Below are positions 37,480 through 50,862 of a DNA stretch of 64,000 nucleotides, piece after piece. Source of the stretch: Octopus vulgaris (Eukaryota). The stretch covers positions 48,484,001 through 48,548,000 of the forward strand of contig OX597821.1 of assembly GCA_951406725.2 (NCBI GenBank), written 5' to 3'. Every line of letters begins with the position of its first letter. The stretch's first letter is position 1. The notes beneath the pieces were generated by a model. It was given only the letters and a program-made list of their open reading frames with translations, made no database searches and had not been told where the DNA came from. The position numbers were made by a program, and so were the translations under genes.

Positions 37480-39740
37480 TTTCAGATGCATGATGCTGCT
37501 GTCTTCCATCCCAGGGTCTCGCCGGCCCACACCTTCCACACCCTTAGAGTTGGCACATTTAATGTTGGAACATTGAAAGGTAGGTCTGGTGACATTAATG
37601 GTGTTGGGGGCGTGGGTATACTTCTTGCGGAGAAATGGATTGATAAGGTAATCAAGGTAGTCAGAATCTGTCATAGAATACTTAAGCTTAGACTAGTGCT
37701 GCAGCATGGTTTAGCAACCATTATCTTGGCTCATGCCTCTCGACCAGAGCTACCTGATTAACTGAAAGACCATTTTTATGATACCCTCTTGATACCTCGT
37801 TTTTATGATACCTCATCAACAAATGACAGGGAACTTCTCTTTATGTCTGGCAACTTCAATGGGCATGTTGGACAACATCCAGGAAGCTTCCATGGTGTAC
37901 ATAGTGGCTACAGATTTGGCTCCCACAATAAGGAGAGAACTAGGCTGCTGGAGTTCTGTGATGCAAATGATCTTATGATCTATAATACTAACTTCAGGAA
38001 ACCTGCCAGTCACCTATTCACCTACCAGTCTGGTGGACACACTAGTAAAATTAACTACATTCTCATCAAGAAATGGAAAAATGGCTACTTATAAATGCCA
38101 AAACCTTTCCTGGTGAAGAATGCACCCCACAACACAGGTTAGTAGTTATTGACTTCAGAATCAGGGCTAAATGGCTGCCCAGAAGACGACCAGCATGGAA
38201 AAGAAGGGTCTAAAAGCTTAAAGATCCTGTGAATGGACAGATTTCGAGACATATTACTTGAAGCTTTTGATGAAAAACAGGAAAATATAGCATCCCATAA
38301 TGTGGAGGATAACTGGGGGTTCCTACAGGACAACCTGTTGAGGGCTACTGATCAAATCTGTAGATGATGCAAAGTCCCCTCTTGACCTAAGTAACAAGGT
38401 GGTGGAACAATGTAGTTCTCAGGGTCATTAAGGAAAAGAAACAGGCAGGGAAGGATTGGAAGTGCGGTGGAAGCAGGGAACTGTATCAGATCGCCAGGAG
38501 AGAAGCTAAGAGACACGTTTACTTAGCCAGAGGAGAAGCAGATAAGAAAAACTTTGCCAATGTTCTGCATCATGAGCACCAAAGACTTGAAGTGTTTCAT
38601 ATTGCAAGACAGTGTGTAAGAGAGAATTGTGAAGTCATAGGAGAGAAATGTGTCCACACGGATGATGGCTCACTTACATTTGGTGGTGCTGCAAAGACAG
38701 ACACTTGGATACACCACTATGAAAGGTTGCTAAATGAAGAGAATGAATGGGAGAAAAAGAGAGTCTGCCAAATATTGACCCAGCAGAGGAACCAGCTATC
38801 TGAATTTACAGTACCTTGGTAGATAAAGCAATTAAGAATATGAAAACAAGGAAAGCCCCTAGTCCATCAGGAATCACTGCAGAGATGCTTAAAATATCTG
38901 GTGATGTAGGCTATAGTCAAGTCACCTGTATAGTCAACCAGGTGATACATGAAGGAGTCATATCCAATGACTGATGTAGCAGCACCATAGCCAAACTGCT
39001 ACAAAAGTAAAGATGATGCCTCAGATAGGAATAATTACAAAGATATCAAATTGTTGGATAAGATGATGAAAGTCACTGAGAGGTTCATAGTCCAACTAAT
39101 CATGGAGAGAGTTAGTCTAGATGAGATGTAGTTTGGTTTTGTGCCAGGGAGAAGCACCACTGATGCTATATTTCTGGTAAGACAGGCTGCAGGTGAAATT
39201 CCTAGCCAAAGATAAACCTCTGTATTTGGCTTTCATTAACATGGAGAAAGCCTTTGACAGGGTTCCCCGATCCCTTATCTGTTGATCAATGCAGAAACTA
39301 GGGATAGATGAGTGGTTAGTGAAGGCTGTACAAGCTATGTATAGGGACACTGACAGTAAGGTGAAGTTTGGCAACAAGTATAGTGAAGAATTCCAGGCAG
39401 GAGTAGGGGTTCACCAAGGATCAGTCCTCAGTGCCCTCTTATTCATTATAGTTCTGGACAAATAGGTTTTGTGTGTGGCAGATGCACAGAGGCAATAAAG
39501 ACTGAAAATGTGCGGAGAGCAGCTTCTATCACATGCCAGAGGGAAAAACTAGAAGTAGTTGATAGCTTCCGTTACCTAGGTGACTAAGTCAGCAGTGGGG
39601 GGTGGATGCTCTGAGAGCATAGCTGCTAGAATAAGAATATTCTGGGCAAAATTCAGACAGCTCCTACCTCTGCTGGTAACAAAGGGCCTCTCACTCAGCG
39701 TGAAAGATAGACTGTATGACACTGTAACTGTTGAGGACAT
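37480..39740 (+). mobile_element. RTE LINE family 1: APE endonuclease plus RT pseudogene with stops, frameshifts and deletions
   Basis: LRVGTFNVGTLKGRS, GVGILLAEKW, GNFNGHVG, LLEFCDANDL..NTNF, FGFVPGRSTTDAIF, MEKAFDRVP, GVHQGSVLSALLF, VDSFRYLG. Confidence 0.92.
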
Positions 39741-40464
39741 GTGTAGTAACTGCATCTATTGAAAAGGTTGGTGGAGCTTGGAATAGCAATTAGGAGTGTC
39801 AAGTTGGAACATATCATGTTGCTTGATGGGCTTAATGTAGGGTGAAGGATATTGGGAAAAAAAAATTTTAAAACAAAATTAAATTTAATGATTCCATCAT
39901 ATTTGGGAATCATTTTGGCAGATACTGTATATTTTTGGTAGATACTGTATTCTTAATGGTGGATATCTTTAGAGTTGATATGTTCCTTATAGTTGGCATA
40001 GTAAAATGATATTAAGAGAATGCATTAAAGCAAATTTAGATGAAAGATATATTTTAAAATTTATTTTCTTCAGTTATTAGAGAAGTTACAAATTTTGTCT
40101 GAAGTCAAACTAAATAAGTAACTGAGAGATTTCTTCTGGATGAATATTTTATTAAATCCACTGAGGCTGACAACTAAGATCAAGAAATGTTGTAATGTTT
40201 GGTGACTTAAATTCCATATATTTCATGAATATGAGTATGTGTGTGTGAGAGCGAGTGAGTGAGTGGATGTGTGTGTGTGTGCACGTGTGTGTGCATGTGT
40301 GTGTGTGTGTGTGTTCGAGCGTGCATGCACATGTGTATGTGTGCGTGTTTGTTTAGTTAGTGAAAACTTACCTAGTTGGGTAGACAATTAGTTTAAAATC
40401 TAATGTTTCAAAATTTTTGTCTGCAACATGAGAGTAATTCTGAGTGGAGGTTATCTAATGAATC

Positions 40465-40805
40465 AAGCCCAGTACCTATTTTTTTAAGCCCAGTACTTAT
40501 TTTATCAGTGTCTTTTGACAAACTGCTAAGTTATGGGGACATAAGCGTACCAACAGTCAAGAGGTGATGGGGAACAAACACAGATGCATGCACACACACG
40601 CATGCACACACACACACATGCACATACACTCACACACACATACAACAGATTTCTTTCAGTTTCCATCTACCAAATCCATTGACAAGGCTTTAGTCAGTCC
40701 TAGGCTATAGTAGAAGACACTTGCCCATGGTGCCATGAGGTGGAATGGGACCTGGAATCATGGGGTTGGGAAGCAAGCTTCTTACCACACAGCCATACCT
40801 ACACC
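40465..40805 (-). mobile_element. SINE family A (older, CpG-depleted)
   Basis: aagcccagtacttat...tttcagtttccatctaccaaatcc...cttcttaccacacagcca. Confidence 0.8.
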
Positions 40806-41027
40806 TTGCATACATAAGGAAAAAAACACCTTATCACCATTTCACCTACAAATTCTACACAAATTAGTAACATATCTTCCCACCTACAACTGAAAGAAAG
40901 GCAAACTCCGCATCACAAAAATAGCATAAACAACTAATGAAGAGGTCAAGAAAACAGCACCCAATCAGTAAACAGGTTAGCCAACCAATGATTACAAATA
41001 CAACACCAATACTGAGTTGTAAAAGTT

Positions 41028-41132
41028 CTCACCTGAAGACCAGAGGGATGTGAATCATGAGTAACGAGACAAATTCTCAATTTCCGTTTCAATACAATAA
41101 CAAAAACCATATCCTCTGCAACAGGTATTGAG
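41028..41132 (+). ncRNA. Decayed hammerhead motif in an A/C-rich pLTR-like segment
   Basis: ctcac-CTGAAGA-cca-gagggat...atcctc-t-GCAAC-ag-GTA-ttgag. GAAAC is mutated and stems I and II are partly retained. Confidence 0.45.
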
Positions 41133-41329
41133 CACTCCTCTCTCAGTCATCTGACATAAACAAGTGTATGTAAGTTCTCTTTCTCTTTTTACTTTAGAAT
41201 AAATGTTGAGCGGCAAGCTGCTTGGTAGAAAGGTTGTAAGGGAACACCGCTTATTTTGTTCATCATTCTTTAAATCTTAAGGAGGTCTTACAGGTTTTTA
41301 TAATGCTAGATATTGTGATCTTCTGGAAG

Positions 41330-41371
<42 letters not shown>

Positions 41372-41598
41372 GTGTGTGTGTGTGAGACAATTGGAGGAAG
41401 GGAAGGAGGGAAAGAAAGAACTGCAACAGCACTTAATTGGTATTCACTTATGGCTGAGTAGATGGGAGTAAACGGAAATGGTGAGCCTTGTTCGGGATAC
41501 AACATGCCAACTACAAAAGGAATTGAATCCCTGAACCAAACACCCTAAACACTAGTGTACATGCTTTCATACATATCCAGACACACAGATACACATAA

Positions 41599-41630
<32 letters not shown>

Positions 41631-42540
41631 ATAGCTATACATAAAATAAGTTCCAAAATTTAAACAGAAACACAACAAAAGAACAATGTGCTGTCCTTGT
41701 GGCACATTGTATAAAATTTCTTTAGGTATTTAAACACATCATTTGAGGTTTTGAGTTCAACTCCCACCAGACACAATCTTTCCATTCATCCCTCCAGGAT
41801 CGATAAAATAAAGAACCAGTCTAAGGTCAATGTAAACTATTATACTCTTTCTCTCAAAAAAACTAACAAATTTTTTGCCTAAAATTAGAACATTTGTTTA
41901 TAAATGACTAATGGACTGAATCATCAGAGCGCTAAGCAAAATACACTTTAGTATTTATTCTGGTTGTTTACACTCAGAGTACCAATCTTTCCACAATCAA
42001 CTCTGCATATCATCCGCTCAAGATTGTTTAGAGAAATTGCCAGTGGAGTGATGGGGATGATGGTATCAACAAAGCCCCTCGACACAAAAACTGCCAACCC
42101 TGTGCAATATCAGAACTTATTATTAATGTTGTTGTTTCTTGCACTTTCAAGGTATTTCTCTTTGATCCTGGTGAGTTGGGGTTTTCAAACTGGTTTCTAA
42201 TTGGTTTTAATTGTTGGAAATTTCTATTTTTATGTGTGCACTAGCATATAACAAAGGTATATGTTACTAGTTTACATTCTTGACTCCTCTATGAGGTAGC
42301 TAAGAAATACTTTAATAGAAAATTTTTGTTCAATATGCAACTGTCATATTTTAATTGTATGGTGACAAAGTGTCAAAACAATCAACAGGTTATGCCCACC
42401 CCAAACTACCCAAATATTTCTGCAAAATCTAAACCTGGTTAAAATACTTCACACATTGGTACTCAGTTGACAACAATAAGGACTTTTCCAGCATTGAAGA
42501 TGTCTTTAATATTACCCTCAATGTCAGCAACAGCAACAGT

Positions 42541-42910
42541 GGAGGTGCAATGGCCCAATGGTTAGGGCAGTGGACTCACATTCGGAGGATCGCGGTTTCA
42601 ATTCCCAGACCGGGCGTTGTGTGTGTTTATTGAGCGAAAACACCTAAAAGCTCCACAAGGCTTCGGCAGGGGGGTGGGGGTGGCGACACCTGTTGTACTC
42701 TTTCGCTCCAACTTCTTCTCACTCTTTCTTCTTGTTTCTTGTCCCCAACTTCCTACGCAACCGCTGAGCCTGGATGCGCATTCATCCATCCGTTGATGCT
42801 CTCGGTGTTGGGGATTGACCTGCTTTCTCTTCTGCGGGTCTTACGAATAGCAAAGGACCACATTTCGGACTTCTCCCATCTTGTGAGCTCTGGGACAAAG
42901 ACCGTTCGCT
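42541..42910 (+). mobile_element. SINE family C, variant 2 (different 3' half)
   Basis: Shares the first ~200 bp with 24765 and then diverges. Flanked by caacagcaacag on both sides (TSD-like). Confidence 0.85.
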
Positions 42911-45304
42911 CAACAGCAACAGCAGCAGCAACAGAATCCCAAGATACTCACACTCTTTATCCTATAAAAGCATTATAAAAAAAACAAACTATCGAACCTT
43001 TAGCAGGAATGCCATGAGTGCTTTGTCAGGGTTTGTGATGTGAGATTATAATGGATTAGGCTGGGCTGTGTATGTTGTAAACCGGAACAAAACTCATGGA
43101 CATTTTGCAATATATTTATTTTAAAAAAAGGCTATACACATCTACATGGAGTTTTCAGATACTCACTGGTAGATATGTATGGTATAAAGTTCAATTCTCA
43201 TATGGTCTAAATTCTACAATCATTAATGGCTTATTCTAGAGTCAGAAACGAAATGATCTTGAAGGAAAATCAAGATGTGAGTTTATCTGAATCTACTCAC
43301 ATCTCTAGTTTGCATGGGCAAGAGTGATATAACATGTCTTTAACTGTATGTACTCAGCCATTTGTTTTCTTGGGGCAAGAGGAAAAGAGATGTTAGTCTG
43401 CCAAGTGTTGCTTGTTTGTGGCATGCAGTAACATGCGTGTTTCCTAGTTGCTCTCAACCTCTGCAAAGACTCTTGATGCCAAACCACTTATGATTAGAGA
43501 AAATGGTGTGGATCTCAAGGACATTTACTTTTGTTCTGACAGTGTAGTGTGATCTTTTGCAATCCATTTGGTTGATAAATAGAACATACACATGATAATT
43601 GCACGGTCTATTAGTGGCCCTGGCCTGATAATTTAGAGAACAGGGACTGAATTCTCTCCAATCCCATAAAGAACAATGCTAACACTGAATTAATAAACTC
43701 TGCCTTTGCTCTTGAAACATGTTCAGGAACAGCCAAGGAAAAAGCTGGTGTGCCTATGCCTTTATCACAAATGGAGCAGAGTCTACCATCCATTCAAAGA
43801 CTTAACTGAGGGAAGTACTGGGTGATTTTTGGGGCTACATTGTATCCAATGGTTAATTAAAAACCGGCAAGACAATCAGACTGCTCTTCAAGGTTGAGGC
43901 CAAGGTGGGACAACAGGCAGATTTCATGCATGCAACATGAAATCAGGTCATTAAGTCATACTCCAATGTATGAGTCAATGAACCACAAAGGTGAAGATAA
44001 CAGGTATTGGAACAAGTATTAATTCTTATCTTCTTTTTACCTCTATAAAACTCTGTGAGCAAGTGATAAGTGCAGAGATCACAAAAAATGATGTCAGGTA
44101 AGGTGATCATGGGAGGACAGCTTGGACTTCAACACCTTAAGACTGCAAAGCTATTCCAGATTTTTACCTTGTTCTTGACAGAAAATAAAACTAAAGTGAT
44201 AAGACTGACATCTAGGTTGTTGCAACAAGACACCTGTTATATATTGGTGCCGATATGATGTTTTTTACTTCCCACAAAGTTTCTGACCTTGTGCCAAATG
44301 TTAAAGATCATCTAATATTCTTATCACTACCTTCACCATCTATCAGTACCATAATTATCGCAAACATCAGCACCAAATATAGGTAGAGACAAATGATGTA
44401 TTGTGTCTAAGCAATACAATCTGTAGTGGTGGTAGCAACAATTAACAAATAGGTTGCTGTTTGAACCAGATCTGCTGAGTATTTGGAAAGTTAAACAAAT
44501 AAAATGCTATGGTCCACTTGAATTACATATTATACAGAGCAATAGTATTATTGATCAAAATACTCTTATCAGAAACATGGACACTAGATTGCAAACACAT
44601 TTAAAATGTATGTTCTAATGTTGATACATCTGATACATATGCACATCACCTGAAAAGACAAACAGCACCATTCTAAAGAAATCTAAGCTTTATAGCATGA
44701 AAGAGATATTAATAAGTTGAAACCTCCACTAGCTTGAGCACATCAGGGAATTTTGAAAACTTAGTTGTCAAGTTATATTTTCTAATAACAAGTGGCTAAG
44801 ACTGTTTCTAAATCGAGCTAAAAATGGATTAAGATGCAAGGATCTGATTTAAGAGGATCTGGAGAGTTTGAATATTGGTAATTACAGTGAGATCACAACA
44901 GATTAAGGGAGAAAACAATGGAAGGCGATCTACTTATAATGTAACATAGCTTTAAGTGATGAGTTGCTTCATCATTCAAAAGCAACAGTCTGCTTATGAT
45001 GATGTACATACATTGCTGATGTATATCAGTGAAAGATGAGAAAGCAAAGATATAAATATTTTTGGATAAAAGTACCACAAGCAGCATTTTTACACATATT
45101 AACAATACTTTTCAATAAACAGTCTTTTTCAATATATTAGCAATCTTTTGACACTCTCTCCATCAAAAATACAATAAACCAGTGACTGAGCTATTGGAAA
45201 TGTTTAATCAACGATGTATTGTTCACCAAATAAATAAATATTTACCCATGTATCCACACACACATGCATTCACACACACACACACACACAAACTTATGCA
45301 TGTG

Positions 45305-45338
<34 letters not shown>

Positions 45339-46211
45339 ATATGAACACTGAATACACAAATATGTCATAGTTATCATTATAGATTTCACATCTATTTGCT
45401 CATGTTCTCATGTGTGGGAGAAATTTGCAATCAGGCAGCTTTTCTCATGATTTATTCCATGAATAATTTGAGCAATACACTGTCAATGACGCTTATGGCA
45501 TCTTGACCATCTTTGCATTCTGAGATCGACTTTACTTTTCACCTTTACAGGGTCAATGGAATAAGTAATAGCTGTATACTAGGGTTAATGCAATCAAAAT
45601 TTTAGGCCCTGTGCCAATAATAGAAAGGATTTTGTTTTTAGCTTTAAACAGTGATCAGGCAGAATTGTAAGCACACTGGACAAAATCCTTAGCAACAATC
45701 TGGTTTTAGGTTTTGAGTTCAAATTGTACTAAGATCAAATTTGCCTTTTATAATTTTGAGGCCGATGAAATACGTACCAATGGAACATTGAGTCAATTAA
45801 CTCCCTCCTACAAAACTTCTATTTTACTAGTTCCATTCAGCTGGTTGCAGCTACACTGGGACACCGCCTTCAAACATTGAAGTTGATCAACTCCAATTCT
45901 TATTTTAGTCTAGTATATATTTATGTTTGCTTGTCAAACCACTATATAAGGTGCATGGCATAAAGAAACATCATATACATTGAAAATACATGTGCACATG
46001 TAAGTTAGAGAGTATCTCTGTGAGTTAGAGAGTGTGAGTTACATGTGCACATGTGAGTTAGAGAGTATCTCTGTGTAGACAGAGTACTGAAAAGTTCACT
46101 TCTCAACCACAAGGTTCTGAGCATAGCGTCATAGACAAATTTCATTTCTTATAAACTAGGTTCAACCTAAACCCTGTGAGTGAAATTAGGGTGAACAGAA
46201 ACCGTATAGAA

Positions 46212-46442
46212 GGTGGTGAGCTGGCAGAAACGTTAGCGCGCCAGGCAAAATGCTTAGCGGTATTTTGTCTGCCGCCACGATCTGAGTTCAAATTCTGCCG
46301 AGATTGACTTTGCCTTTGATCCTTTTGGGGTCAATAAATTAAGTACCAGTTACACACTGGGGTTGATGTAATCGACTTAATCCCTTTGTCTGTTCTTGTT
46401 TATCCCCTCGATGTTTAGCCCCTTGTGGGCAATAAAGAAATA
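46212..46442 (+). mobile_element. SINE family B, full length
   Basis: ggtggtgagctggcagaaacgttagcgcgcc...ccccttgtgggcaataaagaaata. Confidence 0.9.
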
Positions 46443-46699
46443 AGAAAATGTATAGAAGCCTATTGAAAGCACTGTCACACTGTGCCATGCTGATTTAACC
46501 TGACAGCATGTATGCAAAGGAGACATGTGTCTGTATCATACCTAGTCAATTACAAATTAATTCAGGACCATGTAATTCAATTGAGTGAGCAACTGCAGCC
46601 TCATTGACAAACAATGGAAATCTATCATCATCATACAAACACATACTTATATGGATGTGTGTACATCTGATAACCTAAAATACATGTCCAAAGAAGTTG

Positions 46700-47500
46700 C
46701 ACGAGTCTGCTGCAATGTATCATCAGATGAAAGGATGAGCATATATGAACAGAAGACTATGCATGAACATGTTAACAGAAAGCTCCAAGATGATAGTAAC
46801 ATTGATCATCAAAGCAGTCTATCATGGACTAATAACCAGACTACTACCTCCCACTTTGAAGGGTATGCATTTGCACTCAAGGGACAGGAAATTTCAACCA
46901 AATATCTGATGCAGAAAAGGGATAGAGATGCAAGGAAAACAGTAAAATGTGACAACCGATGCAGACTTTGTGGAGTTAACCCTGGAGATGTCACCCACAT
47001 CATAAGCAGTTGGCCGAAAATGTCATCACAGTATTATCTACCAATGAGACTTGATGTTGCTGTTAGGACACTATATAATGAAATCCGTCAGAAGGATAAT
47101 CCCGAGGACAAAGAAATAAGAACCCATGGTATGTTAGAAACCATAGCCACTCATAATAAAAAGGAGTACAGGTGGAATGTCCCAGTGCAAACCTCAATAA
47201 AATGTAAGCACAACAGACCTGATATAAGGATTTGGGATAGAGAAGTGAAATTGTGTGCGGTTGTGGAAATTAGCTGCCCAGTGGATGTTAACATAAAGCG
47301 TAAAAGAGAATACCTATGCTGAACTATTGAGAAATCTGCAGTAACTCTATCCAGATTCCAAGTTCAGGTTTATACCTGTAATTATTGGGGCACTGGGATA
47401 TGAATCACACTGCCTAAATACCAATCTTGAAAAATTAGGCTTCTCAAAACCAGAAAGGGGAAAAGCTGATTTGAAGACTACAAATCCAATCCATCACATT
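46700..47500 (+). pseudogene. R4/Dong-type non-LTR retrotransposon C-terminus (zinc knuckle plus restriction-like endonuclease)
   Basis: EGYAFA...QEISTKY...CRLCG....VTHIISS, HNRPDI..WD...VVEISCP, then IPVIIGALG after a frameshift. Confidence 0.88.
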
Positions 47501-48200
47501 CAACTAAAAAATGACAACATGAAGGAAGTTCAAGATGGCTACTGGAGACTGAGCAGTTATTGGTCAAGACAGATCACATAGTATTATTGACATTGGTATT
47601 AAAAATCAGTCTAGAATTCTGTAATTCTTGGATGGTATGGAAAGGTAAAAGTGACTTTCAAGTCTCTATGTCACTGTTACACTCCACTCATATACATATA
47701 TGTATATGATTGTGTGTATATGTATACGTGTGTATGTGTATATGTGAGCATATGTAAATGCCTAAGTATTTCTCTGTGTGTGTGTGTGTTTTGTGTGTGT
47801 GTGTGTGTGTTTGTGTACTTATGTATAAGAATGTACGAGTGTATATGTCTGTATGTGTGTGCATGTATACTAGCCTGAAATGGCGATGACAGTTTGATGT
47901 CTTTCAGCCACCCTAAGATCTGCTTCTTTATCTTACTTAACTGACAAGATGCCTTCCTAGAAATGTTTTGGTTAGCCCACTTGCTTCCTAGCACTCTTTC
48001 ATAGTATGCTGCAGCTATAAACAAATTAAGATAAAGCTTGAAATGATAGGGTTGCTTTGACATCTGCTCTTCGTATGTCTGTTATACTTCTGATTTCTCT
48101 ATAAATTTGAATGCTCTTTTGAAAATATCACTTACTCATCATACTGTTTCTTGAATAAGTCATCATCAAGATTTACCTTGCTTGTTTATACCTGTTTAAA

Positions 48201-48282
48201 ATTTTCCTGAAGATGATGGATTTATGCTATGATGTGATCTATGAATGCATCAATAAAATTCTACTGAAAATCTGTAGTAAAT
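48201..48282 (+). ncRNA. Decayed hammerhead motif
   Basis: attttc-CTGAAGA-tgatggattt...aattctact-GAAA-atct-GTA-gtaaat. Stem I pairs at 5 of 6 positions and the C after GAAA is lost. Confidence 0.45.
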
Positions 48283-48528
48283 TTTAAACTCTATTTGTGT
48301 TTCATCTTTTATACCAATGGCACACCTTGAACCAACCCTGAGTCAGATCTAGAGTTTGTATTGGATTTGGTACTTACAGATATACATACCTGTATGTATA
48401 CAAGTAAGTATGTATATGGTAGTTTTACACCACTGTGAACTCAATATTATGATACCTAACCAGTGCTGGTACACTACAAGTTGATGCACATAAATTCTAA
48501 TGGATCCTGTAACTAATCAATATGTGTC

Positions 48529-48570
<42 letters not shown>

Positions 48571-48571
48571 G

Positions 48572-48908
48572 TAGAGTAGACCCCCTTCGGTCACGAATGA
48601 CCATGGGATTGCACCTAGAAAGTTACCTTCCTAGACACAAGTCCGGGCAAGGTTGTTTATGGAAGGCCAGTAGTCGCCCATGCATACCAGCCTCCCCTCT
48701 CCATGCCACCAGTGTTATCCAAGGGAAAGACAAAGGTCGATACAGCTTGGCGCCAGTGACGTCGCAACTCATTTCTACAGCTGAGTGAACTGGAGCAACG
48801 TGAAATAAAGTGCCTTGCTCAAGAACACAACACGCAGCCCGGTCCGGGATTCGAGCTCACAACCTCACGATCGTAAGCTCGACACTCTAACCACTGAGCC
48901 ATGCGCCT
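48572..48908 (-). mobile_element. tRNA-headed SINE family D with RTE-like tail
   Basis: Minus strand ggcgcatggctcagtggttagagtgtcg...gagctcgaatccc, core ttcttgagcaaggcactt, tail cccatggtcattcgtgaccgaagggggtctact. Confidence 0.85.
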
Positions 48909-48930
48909 TCACATATATATATATATACAT

Positions 48931-48977
<47 letters not shown>

Positions 48978-48978
48978 C

Positions 48979-49029
<51 letters not shown>

Positions 49030-49032
<3 letters not shown>

Positions 49033-49520
49033 CATATATACATACATATATGTATATATACATGCATATATGGGTACAGGGCATCAAAAAAACGTTGAAC
49101 ACAATGAGAAACGAAAACATAAAAATAAAAACATGGAAACGAACTTTTTTTTCAAACAACGAAAGGACATAGTACACAAGACATACAACACAAGGAAAAT
49201 TCCCCTTCTTCAGTTGTCCCTGTTTTGTCTACTCTGCATTCCGAAGGTAAGGACAAGATGTGACTTTGTTGAAACAGTCCTTCCCGCAAAGCAAATTAAA
49301 TAAAATTTGGTGTTTTTGCAGAGGGGTAAAAGTGGTAACAAGAACAGGACAGTAAGAACAAAACAAGACAGTAAAAACAATACAAGTAAAAACTGAAGAA
49401 GGAGAATATTCTTTGTGTTGTATGTCTTGCATACTGTTCTTTCATTGTATGTATATATGCATATATTTATATATTATTTTTATTATTTTATGATCGAACG
49501 CCACGCATCCTTTTCCAAGT
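49030..49520. mobile_element. Fold-back mini-element, second copy
   Basis: Homologous to 35351-35795; internal inverted repeat ~49171-49215 / ~49391-49435; embedded in (TA)n. Confidence 0.65.
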
Positions 49521-49522
49521 AT

Positions 49523-49580
<58 letters not shown>

Positions 49581-49938
49581 CCTTACATTAATGCACATAC
49601 ACATATGCACATCTCACTAACTTCCCACTATCTACTACCCTTCTTAACTCTAACCCAACTATCTACATACCTGTTCATGAATGATAAATCAATAAAAAAA
49701 ACTCTAGTTAACCTATAGAACTCAGGGAAACTATTGGAATAACGCTATGTTCATAATGATGACAATGATTTCTTTTTTTATTATATCAGATGTCAATAGA
49801 CCTTATGATTATTATTATTATTTTTATTGTCATCATTGTTATCATCCTCTCCATCATTGTCATCATTTCTCATCATCATCGTCATTATTATTGTTATTAT
49901 CATTATCATTATTATTGTTATTATCATTATCATTATTA

Positions 49939-50155
49939 AGGTGGTGGGCTGGCAGAATCACTAGCACACTAAACAAAATATTTAATGGTATTTCACACAT
50001 TGCTATGTTCTGAGTTCAAATTCCGCCGAGGTTGACTTTGCTTTACATCCTTTCAGGGTTGATAAATTAAGTAACAGTGAAACACTGGGGTCGATCTAAT
50101 TGACTACTCCCCACCCCATCAATTCTAGGCCTTGTGCTTATAGTAGAAAAGATTA
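49939..50155 (+). mobile_element. SINE family B variant
   Basis: ggtggtgggctggcagaatc...gagttcaaattccgccgaggttgactttgc. Confidence 0.75.
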
Positions 50156-50267
50156 TTATAATTATTATTATTATTACTATTATTATTACTTTTTTTTCTT
50201 CTTTCAAATTTGCTTCCATTTCTTGCCGAGTGTCTTCCCGATTTGTAGGCCATTAAACCAAACTCAA

Positions 50268-50363
<96 letters not shown>

Positions 50364-50402
50364 TATTATTATTATTATTATCATTATTATTATTACTATT
50401 AC

Positions 50403-50460
<58 letters not shown>
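50268..50460. repeat. (ATT)n microsatellite
   Basis: Direct reading. It abuts the 3' end of the Dong-like LINE. Confidence 0.95.
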
Positions 50461-50461
<1 letters not shown>

Positions 50462-50860
50462 CTTCTTAACACAGTGTAGGTAAAAATTCACCGGAGTCTT
50501 TAGACATCTGTCAAGTCACAACAAGGACCTCAGACAGATAATACTTTCTTTAAGATGTGCGCTGTGTCCAATAAAGCTGCTTTTTGCAAGACATCAATCT
50601 TGCATGGGATTTCCAGTTGCCTTAAGAAGTTTCAATGGGATTGAGCCCAATGCTCCGTTCACCACTGGTATCACTTTTACATTACCCTCTTGCATTGCAT
50701 ACAGTCTTGCCATTTCCACTTTCAATTCGGAGTACTTGGTGATTTTTCCAACCTCTTTATTCACAATATTCATGTCATTTGGTATGGCTGCATCAATTAT
50801 CTGACAGTATTTGTCTCTCTTATTCGATATGACAATATCCAGCCGACAGTGTTCTATTAC
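50461..50860 (-). pseudogene. R4/Dong-type LINE 3' end (restriction-like endonuclease) ending in (AAT)n
   Basis: HCRLDIVI......CQIIDAAIPND......KITKYSELK.E..RL......VIPVVNGALG, then LQKAALLDTAHILKKV. Confidence 0.85.
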
Positions 50861-50862
50861 AT

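Noticed and set aside
44480-44900. Very old RTE remnant (ILLSETWTL-like)
   Set aside because: Only one short motif is recognisable and boundaries cannot be set.
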